The notes under the pieces: generated by a model | Told to the model about the DNA's origin: nothing | Seen by the model: only the letters and a program-made list of their open reading frames with translations | Databases searched by the model: none | From: Sphaeroforma arctica JP610 | Taxonomy: Eukaryota | DNA length: 32,165 nucleotides | Direction of reading: 5' to 3' | Assembly (NCBI RefSeq): GCF_001186125.1 | Contig: NW_014040225.1 | Span: 55,026 to 87,190 of the forward strand | In this document: piece after piece, positions 1-10,277 of the stretch | Layout: the number at the start of each line of letters is the position of its first letter | Position numbering within the stretch: the stretch's first letter is position 1 | Position numbers and translations under genes: made by a program

Positions 1-1949
1 GAAAATTATCCAATAAAGAACAGCTAGAGGTACGCCCTGTGTGATCGAGGATATTTAGGCTCTTAACAAGAGGCAGTCCCGATCATTCTTACACAAGCTA
101 CCACTGCTAAATCCTAACTGACTAAATTGTATTTTAGTTTAATATAGTTTAAAACCTAGTAATTTCCATCGAAGTTTACAGGGTAGAGGCACGTTTCGAG
201 AGAGGGCGGCTGGTATAGCCCTCTATCGAGGGGCGAGTAGGGCGCTGGCCCGTACTCTTGGTTGTATGGCTACTCCAGATTTTACTGAAAGTAAATTAGC
301 TGTATAACCCCCTAAGATTTGCTTCTCCAAGGTGACAGGTTTGGAAAGATGTCAGTTTGTGGGTTATAATTGACAGGTTGAGTTATTGTCAGTTATATCA
401 AATATTTTGACAATAGTGTCAGACAATAATTGGAGACAATATGTGTATATTTGTGTAGTAACAGCAGCAGTCATACTTAATATTAACTAGAGGGATGAGA
501 TGCTTGAAGACACAGTCAAGATGGTGCTATGACATGAGCACAGCGTATGAGCAGAACATATCGTTAGCCCAAATGAGGTAAGGGATTGAATGACTGGATC
601 TGGATGGATAAGAGAATGATCGCACATTGACTAAGGCATATGTGATGAGGCACTAATGAATGTATACGTGTAACGTATCTTGGCACCTGTAGTGTTCTGA
701 AGAAGCATGTGAACATGCTATATGTACGCAGGAGATTCATATTAAGACGTGGGGAGGTCAATTGGGTACAAATTGCCGATTGGATAGGCAGGAGGTGTGC
801 GCAAATGGTATAAATAGTAAGGTGTACAGACTTAGAAATGACAGTTAATGTGGAGTCCAAAAACACGTATAATCAACTGTAAAATAAACTAGGGTTTACC
901 ACCACTTTGTACATTACTTTTAACTATAGCGTACAATAAAATTGCCTATTATTGACTAATATTGAGCAGAAAAGGCGTTTTTTTTTTCGCCACAAAAAGA
1001 GGCTTTTTTCACTATCTGGTTGTTTAAAGACAAATTTCCAAGGCCCAAGTCCAGCCCCGATTTTTTCCTTCCTCATTAGTGGTATTCATTTTTAATCCCG
1101 GTTGGTTATTGAACGCTTTTTTTATGTTTATTTGAGATCCCTGACCCTAATTTTCCGTCCTGATACCGGTTTGATCGTTAAACGCTAAGCCCTAAAACAA
1201 ATCCTTGTCCAAACCCGAAAAGTCAAAAGTCCAAAAATTCTGGTCCACAAGGTACACTAGAAGCTCTAATCCCTACTCAAAGTCTAAGACGAAGAATCTC
1301 AGCATAGTATCAACTATTAGCTCTCGGCTCAAGTCAAAGCCTACGATTCAAGTAGTCTTAGCAATACTCCTCTATCCTTGTCTAATCATTTGTGTAAAAG
1401 TCTGAGGATTGCAAACTACTATACTACTCTATTTATACAATTTCCGACAGACCCGTAGCGGTCTAAAGGTCTATGACTAAGCCTAAAAGTCTACGCAATG
1501 TCTACAAACTTAAGCTCTAACATTTTCGCGAATCCTCTCTAGTTATACGTTTCGTCTTTTCGGAGAGTCGCGTGATACTATCTCATCAAAACTCATTTGT
1601 CACTTTTTTTTGGCATTGTGTATTGAAATTTGTAGAATTGTTCTAGACCAAAAAAAACCCCCTCCTAAATATCGATACAAACCGAGAATCCCAATATTCT
1701 CGATTAGGAATTGCCCACCCAGCTTAAAAATTGTAGCCTCTTCGCGGGGAAGGAGTCAGCATCAATAGTGAAGTTGCAGATCACACTGATACGCCACTTG
1801 AAGCTCTTCAGGCTTGCGGTTTCAGTCTGATTTGCCTCTGCTCAACGCTGGGTCTAAAGCTCTTCAATCCTCGAAACAGAGCTTTTGCAACATGGTGAAG
1901 AATAAATGCTGCCACGACGACACGCGTTCACATCGCGTCAACTATAAAT

Positions 1950-3074
1950 CGATTTGCTACGTGTAGTTCGGTACCCCCACAACCCCACTACGATACCCTC
2001 CTACGTATCCTGGGTTATGTCTCTGGCAATGCATCCTTTGTGCTCAGCTACCGCCGCAAGACTGCTAGCCAAACTATGGGTGACATGCTTTTATCGTAAA
2101 ACGACTCTGTACACGACTGCCGAATCACACGTTCCGCCCGCGATAATCGCATCTTATCGCGTTGAAATCCAGAACCCTGATCCTTTTGAAAGCGTGCGCG
2201 GCTTTTCCTTCCGGTCGCGATTTTTTTTCTTCAGTGATCGTTCATACTCGCCTGCTCTTTTTCAGACACAATAGTACCTTTGGCTATTGCATCGAAAATT
2301 GTGAAATTGTACTCGGATCCCTTAATTACATTCTCTTGGAAGGGCATGATCTTCATGCTATAAATTGTCTCAGATGTCCTGCACACCAACGTGGCGGCTT
2401 GAGCCCCTGCTAGTGGTGTGTCGGTCGAAACCCTGGTGGGTTTGTATGTTGACCCTATACCGTCTGCAGAAGAGTATGGCGTTGCGCCACAATGCCGAGG
2501 ATCGCCACTTTGTCTAGTGGTGCTATATCGACCACGTAGATGTAGTATAAGTGCATGGTTGTCCTGTATGGCTAAGAAATATACCTAGCTGGACCGTCGT
2601 ATACACCCCATACTTTGAAGATAGCTTGAGCGGCCCATCATGCGCCCTCAATATTTCTTCGGAATCATCCGCTGCGCGAGTCCATCCACTTGGACAACCT
2701 TAGTGTGTATCATCAACGGGAATGACCCGTTACCGCGGTACAATTATAATAATGACCAACCGAATCACACACTTTTCGTCCTTCGAGTAGTCACTCAAGC
2801 TGCGTAGTTCTTCTAACAGTCGTAAGTCGTAATGCCCTGGGCCTATCTTTTCTAATATAAAACATTCTGACCGGTAGTGATCCCCACCCACAGATGTCAC
2901 CTTTATGTGTAGGAACCGACCCACTCCTGGCAGGTGAGCGACAAGTACCTTGTAATTCGCCAGCGCTCCTGGATCGTGACCGCGCACCTGCTCTATTTTC
3001 GTAGCTCTTGTTTTGATTGCCGAGTGATCCACTGTGCTGCACTGAACCTTCCCGTTTACCTCAGTATTGTACAT
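1950..3074 (-). mobile_element. Degenerate reverse-transcriptase remnant of a DIRS/Ngaro- or LTR-type retrotransposon
   Basis: Ordered degenerate RT motifs on the minus strand: YRSECFILEK..G..DLRLLEELRSLSDY (cf. SP.F.V.KK.G..R...DLR.LN.Y); then in the same frame through two TAA stops VIPVDDTH (cf. HIP....H) and PSGWTRAA...EEILR (cf. LPFG...AP..F.K.L); YIYVVDIA at ~2521-2544 after a frameshift (cf. YLDDI); then a weak TIYSMKIMPFQENVIK. Boundaries are unknown. Confidence 0.45.
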
Positions 3075-4968
3075 CGCGCTTTCATACTTAGTGCTGAGTG
3101 CAAATGCTAGGCAGCATAACCGCCTACTGACGTATAGATAGTGATGAAGACGCTCCTTACGTTCAATTCAAGGCACGTGGAGAACATATACAATACTAAT
3201 TTGTCAAATTCTGCTACCACCCGTCCTAGCTTGCACCCGCGTGTTTGCACAGCGCCATTATTTGGTTCTTCCATAGGTGGCTCGCCTAGTAGGGAAACCA
3301 ACCACTTATATGAACTGTACATTAGAATAAACCTGTTGTTTAGAATATTTTGATGAATTTCCTCAAGTGACAACTACTCTGACCGTGCGCTCAAATCGTA
3401 TGACTTCATAATACGTCGAGTCCCAGTCGTTACATTTTCTAGTGCTGCGTCCAACGCAGCAATTCTCTACTTTGCTAACTCGCTTAGCTCTGTGTCGCCT
3501 TCCTTACCAGTCGATGTACCCGCTCGTCCCTCTCGCATTGCTCGTAGTCGATCCTCATTTATGAGGCTTGCACTCTCATCTGACAGTCTTCTTGAACTCA
3601 CCGCACTATCTTTTCGTCCAGCTACCAACGATGGAGCATTCTCGTAACATTGCTTGTACGTTGACGGGGCAGAACTCTAATTCTCCTCCTCGACCAGTTT
3701 CATTGACAGCTGAAGAATAATCGTACGCACACCAATTAACGTCCTTCCACTGTGATGAAGTTAGTAAAAGTATCCCTTCAGCCTGGTAGCCCATCCCTGC
3801 ACTTATATACTATCGCCTTTGTTGAACATGTTTGCGCAAGGCTCAAATGTTCGTATAATATTATGTTCCGCGTGCGTCACCGTGGTCTTACTGATGATCT
3901 TAGAACTTAATCGGTACTCTACTTCTGGTCCCACCTGTCGCATCCGCAGAGCCAGACACTGACCGGTACCCGAACAAGTCTTCTCCTGTGGTCTCAGCAT
4001 TATTTCATATACTTTCGTTGCCTTGGCCTCATCTCATTTACTAAACAATGGGTGCAAGAACGACGAATACCACCGTATAATTCTTCCACTGTTTTAGCCC
4101 CTTACCGCCTGACTTGATTTTATCACTCGACCCGGTGTTATCGATAGGTAGTCGTAATAAACAAAAACAGTCAAAATAAAATTTGGCGCTAACTTTCGTG
4201 TGCGTTAGATATTCACTCTATGACCAACAATTTCGGTACATCTAACTGTAGAGGTCAATATACTTATAAAATGACAATGCACAAGCTTGTTAACTTCAGT
4301 TTATCAGGTGTGCCCCCGAGTTCACTAGTTGAGTGCTCGGAGGCACCTTGGTATTCATTCTCATATCCTAACTATCCTATCCCCGGATAGCTTGTCCGAT
4401 CCTCCAGGATCTTCTCCGACCTTGTTGTCCATCTTGTTGTATGAGAACTCCTCTCATGCCTCCTGACGAGGCAGGTGCAACTAACCAGGACTAGTGATAA
4501 CCATACAGTGTCCATCCTTCTTCCCTTGGCGCTCACCTCATTCAATAAGCTGTCCTCTTCATTCATAACATTTACCTCCTGGTTGACCACTTGTCCCCAT
4601 GTGTCATTCTTTCGTAGTTCGGTATTGATAGGTCCGAACTCTTAGTCGTGTCGGTCGCTAAATGAGTATGAAATACCAAATAGAGATCCAATAGACACTC
4701 GATATTATGCCAACCTAATGGAGAAATAGGGCTGCCCGATTCTTAATGAATAGAAGTCGGACAATTTTCAGTTGCAGCGTATTTGCCAACTGAATATGCA
4801 ACATACTTAAGAAATTTTGAACACGAGGCTTACTTTGTGATGTTTCGTTACAATATTCAACTCGATATTTTGTAAGGAATATACCAAAAATATACAACAA
4901 TATTTTCTCATGCCAATATTTCTTCCAAATCCTGAAGTTAGCAAGACAGGCCGAAATATGTAAAAGGA

Positions 4969-5345
4969 GTGCAATATATTCTTTGTAATGGAATCTACTA
5001 AATACACGAAGTATATAATACCCTATGTAATGAAATCCACACAATACAAGAAGTACGATATATTCTATGTAATGAAATCTATTAAATACAAGTACAATAA
5101 ATCTATGTAATGAAATCTACTAGATACAAGTACAATATACCCCAAGTAATGTAATGAAATCGACTAAAAACAAGAAGCACAATATACTCAATGTAGTGAA
5201 ATCTACTCAAGACAAGTACAATATACTCTATGTAATGCAATGAAATTGACCAAACAAAAGATGTACAATATACTCTATGCAATGGAATCTACTAAATTTA
5301 AGAAGCACAATAAACCATATGTAATGAAGTCTACCAAATCAATAC
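4969..5345. repeat. Minisatellite, ~9 diverged copies of a ~39-45-bp unit (consensus ~GTACAATATACTCTATGTAATGAAATCTACTAAATACAA)
   Basis: Repeating TGTAATGAAATCTAC and AAGTACAATATA blocks read directly. Confidence 0.9.
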
Positions 5346-5567
5346 ATACTCGTTGATTTCCTGTTCAGCTGTGTCCTGTGTCGGGCTAAGGTCGGTCCTA
5401 CCACCCAATATAAATGCCTGAATATTTTTTTCAGCGCACATACTTTATTGGCATTAATACTGTCATATTAGGTACCTCTACGAAGCGACTAATGTGTATG
5501 ATAAGGAAAACAGATGTCATTAGAAACATTAATGTACGAAAATATGACAGTATTTATCTGCTAGTTC

Positions 5568-8500
5568 CTAGTTGTCACCGAAAGGATTGCTGACACCCCC
5601 CCTGCTGCTCTTCCGAGGCGGGGGTAGCTCTGGCGGCGACCCTAAAATGTCCTGAGAATTCCGTTGAGGTGGAGGGTGTGAGGGTGGAACAGATGACTTC
5701 CTCGGAATGATACTTTCATCCGCCAACTGGCTTTGAGCCGTAGCTGAAGCTTCGCCACTATCTCCGGTTTGGTTTGGCGTGATGCTCTTAGCGTCAACTG
5801 TATCTCCCGTCAGTGTCCCATAGGCGCCGGAGATCCCAGCGGAAATGAAATCGAAAGGCCCCGGGGCGGGTGCAGCTGCGGCGACTGCTGCAGTTGGGTC
5901 CATGCCAACGACACCTGGTTGGGCCATCCATGGTTCCTGCAGTGGCGGTTGTGGATCTTCACCGGCGTGTGTGTGATCCGGTTGTTTGCTCTCTTCCTCC
6001 TTTGACATAACCGTTTGTGGTGTCGTTTGTTCATCAGCTGGAGTGTCGCCCTGGACCTCCTTCGGCAAAGGCATTTTGCGCAGTGAGTTCACACGTGCAG
6101 AGGGCAGTTTTGGCACGGGCGCACCGGTTCCATCGGCGGATTCACTGGTGAAATCAGAAATGTACTTTCCGGCGGTTGTTTTCCTTATAACTTTCCTGTA
6201 TGAAGAAGGAGGTAGCCGAGATGAGAGGGTGAGATAAATAGCAATGGTACTTTGAAATTTTATGGGTTCGTTCGGTAGCAAACTGGAATAAATAAGCGTG
6301 CATACGATAGCACCAAAAGTGAAGTCAAGTGATCAAGATATCAATGACGAACACTTTGCAACGATGCTTTCGGATACGCCTGGGGTGCAGGTGCAAAGTA
6401 TGCTTGAAGTGACCATGGGGTCCAATTCTACAAAATTGAATTACAAATATGTATGAATCTCGAACTTCCATCAATTCCTCTATATGTACGCCATTTTGCC
6501 GGGTCTAAGCACACAATAGCCGGATATATCCTCAGCTCTCTACAAATTTTCAAATCGCACACGATACAAAATATCACCTGCAATTGATAGCCTCTGAGGA
6601 ATACAATCTACACAGCCAATCTCGTTTCTAACTTACAAGGCTCCAAAATATTCACGACCGAAGCTTATAGCGCTGCGTTTGCAATTTCACGTATACATAT
6701 ATTAATTGTCCCAGACTTTGCAACCCATGACTTTCTAAAATAGCTCATATAACAAACGTACAAGCACAGAAGCACTCTATCGATAAGATAGCCACTACTG
6801 AGCACTACAACTTGCTCGGAGTGCTCTTTTAAACCTCGATCGCTAGTTGAATATGTCACTGATATGTACTTAATTTTCTCAGGAAAAATACTGAAACGAT
6901 TGGACATTGGACAGCGATACCCACCTGAGTCTAAAATAGGCTGGGGCTTCCGCTGCATTCTCTAACACTGCACCTGACATAATTGAGCTGTTCGCGTGGA
7001 ATCGGACCATCGTCTTTGTCCTTTTGGACTTGCCATCCACTGAGAAGTGCGCCGTGATAGTCCCACCGGTGTTAGTGCTTCTATCGAGTTTCGGGATAGT
7101 CCATTCCAATTTCTAGATATGTATTTGAATCGATTGTTTTAGAAAACAAAGATATATGCATTAAAAATCAAATGGTTAGACGGAACTACACCCGAATACA
7201 CGTGGAGTATTTCTGAGGACAATGCAGTTTTCACAACCCTAAGTAAAAAATGAGTAATCTCTCGCGATATACAGAACGAGCACGGACTCCAGGATAGTCA
7301 TCGACTCTACCGCTATCTATACATATACAATCCGCCAAACTCCAGAATGTATATGCACCGCAGTGTTTCCAACAACAATCACTAAGCAGTCAAGCGACAA
7401 GTTGTACCTGAGTAGTTTCATCCCAATGTGCATCGGCTGCCTGACTATCGCACCCGGTCGCTTTATCACCCGCCATTTGCACCGCAATCTTCACGTCACT
7501 CAGTGCAAGCTCAGGTGCTCCTACGCTTTCGGAGTTGATTTTGTAATCACATACTACTTTCGTTTCGTTAGTTGCGCAATCCCACTGTGTATGCACCAAG
7601 AGCGGAACCAGGTCTGTACCGTTCTGCGACACAGACTGATATGTCATCAGTGTCAACCGGTAGCTTTTACCTACCATCTGTATACCCTGGGCCTAAAACG
7701 AAGAGACGAGGTGATTAGATGAAACCAACGCCACAGAAAAGACAAGATCGGTCAGGAGATAGGTGAGCAGATACCCCACTGGCATGGCTGATTACAAATA
7801 GAAAATCAGACGCGTTTCACACTTCAACATCTCGACGATTGTTGATACGAGATCTAAATCTGAACAGTGTCAGCATGCTATCACTTGCGTCTGGAATGAG
7901 AACAGAGAATAGACTACAAAATCGCATTTTTCAGGTTCCATACCGGTGGATTTTTCTTTTTGAGGGTAGCCATCAGGTCTGAAGCGGACACCTGCAGTGT
8001 CAATGTTTCTCCCGCTGCCAACTGCGCCAGTATGAGAAAGAAGACAAAGTACAAGTGAGTAATCCGTACTCAGAACGTGTGAGATCACCACAAGTGCATC
8101 AATTACTTTAAAGTACAGCTGTTCATATGACAAGCACTATAACATTACTTGTCTTCGAAAACCCGGTCATACACGTTAAAACAATGCAAGGGCATATAAG
8201 CGCGATCAGATAGAGAGACACTCTCCAGTACCTTCGAAGTCCCGCGTGATGCTTCCCGGAAGGCGGGATTCATAACAATTTGGCTTATAGACACCTTTGA
8301 GCTAAAGTTGAGCGTAAGCGGTTGCGACCTTTCAGCATCCTCTAATACCCTGTCATTTAAAAATAATAATGTTGTAGTCAGCTAAACAGTGCAGTTAAGC
8401 CAACAGAACGGTAAGAAACCGATGATGCGAGCTTCGGCAAATCCGATCTCGCGCACTTGTAGTTCAAGGGATTGTAAGTATACTCATCACAGATCGTGCG

Positions 8501-10219
8501 CGATGCGATTTATAGGGAATGCCAGCCATGTACATACCTCTCTAGACACTGGTTGAAGGAAAGCATCAACTTTCCTGCGAGAAGTGACTTTCCGACCTTC
8601 GCACCTATAATGTAAAATAAAAAGGTATAGCTTCAAGTAATTAGGGGATGTTTTTGCACACAAGATATGGATGTGCGAGGGCGCGGTTGTATGATGCAAC
8701 CGCCAATATCTCAGTTTAATACGAGTGTCGGTGTGTGTACATTGGTTGTCCCATTGTATTTTTGGTGCAGATAAGGTTTCCGATTAAACATGCATGGTGA
8801 ACCGCTTGAGAGTTTCGAAATGAAATTAGGAACTGAAGAGGCGCTTTTGTAGTGATAAGAAAAGAGCACTTCCTTTCTACACAAAACTGAACGCCAACAA
8901 CCTTTCTTTCAGTCCCAACGCAAAAGGCACCTGCTGATACCGGACAAACACATCAAGCAATGGATATATACAATTCTTTTTTAAGGCATACTTGAACTGC
9001 GTCAGAGTAGACACATACTAAAGTGTTCTGGGCGACTCCATGTCAACACAAAAAATTCACAATCGACTAAATAAACAGCACACGAGCTTGCAAATGACAG
9101 TTGGAACACCAAACAGACAGAGAAAGTGTTTGGCATGAAATTTTACCTTTAAAGTACACGTTACTGGTTTCTGTGAGAGCAGCCTGCATAGCCACGGCTT
9201 TCGACAGTTGCGCATCCGGATCAGCATCAGCTGTTGCGATGAACAAAGCAGGAGTGGTCGTCGACCTCGCCATCGCGGGTATTGATCCAGAACTATCCGC
9301 AATCGACGAGGAGCTCAAGGCGGGCGTCTGCTCATAGAGTCATTTGGGAGATATATTAATCAATACAAGCGAAGTCTAGTCGTTTACGACCTTGTAAGGG
9401 AATAGCAGAATAGCCAATCGAGCGAAGCTCAGTCGTTTACGACCTTAAAAGGCTCTAGAGAGTGGGGTAAATATGAAATGACGGAGCATTTCAGGCGTAA
9501 AATTTAAACCGAGTAGTGTAGTCTATAATTTCACAAATGCTTCGAGGTCAAAAGGTGCATCCGATAATATCTGATGAATCGTACGCATGCACTTACGTAT
9601 CAGAATGAATAGAGCTTCAGATATCTATATTGCAGTGGTACAAATACTGATGTTATGTTACAACATAAATGAATTTGTGCTGGTAAGATTCTCGGACATA
9701 CCTGACTCATAGCCTGTTCACTCTTCCATCTGGGTTCACCCATATCGAAAGGAGTATCATCTTGCTGTCGTTGTGGTGTATTCCTTTCCCTCCTCGCGCG
9801 ACTTGAGGGGGGCGAATTGATACTATCCAGCTTGAAGCTTGAATAATCTACATCTTCATTTATCTGCTCGTGCTCATCTCTTGGTCTATAAATAAGAGAG
9901 TAATTTGAGTAAACTGAAATCTACACAAATTGATATATATATATATACATATATAAATACCAACATACCATACATACATACAACACGTACAACATACATA
10001 CGTACATACACATACACATACGTAAACATAATCATATATACGTACTTATACTCCTGCATATACAGTTACAAATACAGATACATTTACATATACATGTACA
10101 TATACATATATATGAATAATATAATGTATTATATATATATATATATATGTACACATATATATATATGCATATAGATATATGTATATATATATATATACAC
10201 ACACACACATATATATATA

Positions 10220-10277
<58 letters not shown>

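Noticed and set aside
2690..2705. H*GCP read as the non-LTR RT motif QGCPLS
   Set aside because: The flanking motifs (IPV...H, P.GW..A, F...K...LR.L) fit an LTR/DIRS-type RT better.
4969..5345. CRISPR-like periodicity, and ORFs 4715-5044 and 4807-5007
   Set aside because: Units are contiguous and diverged with no unique spacers, there are no cas genes and the context is eukaryotic. The ORFs are repeat-derived.
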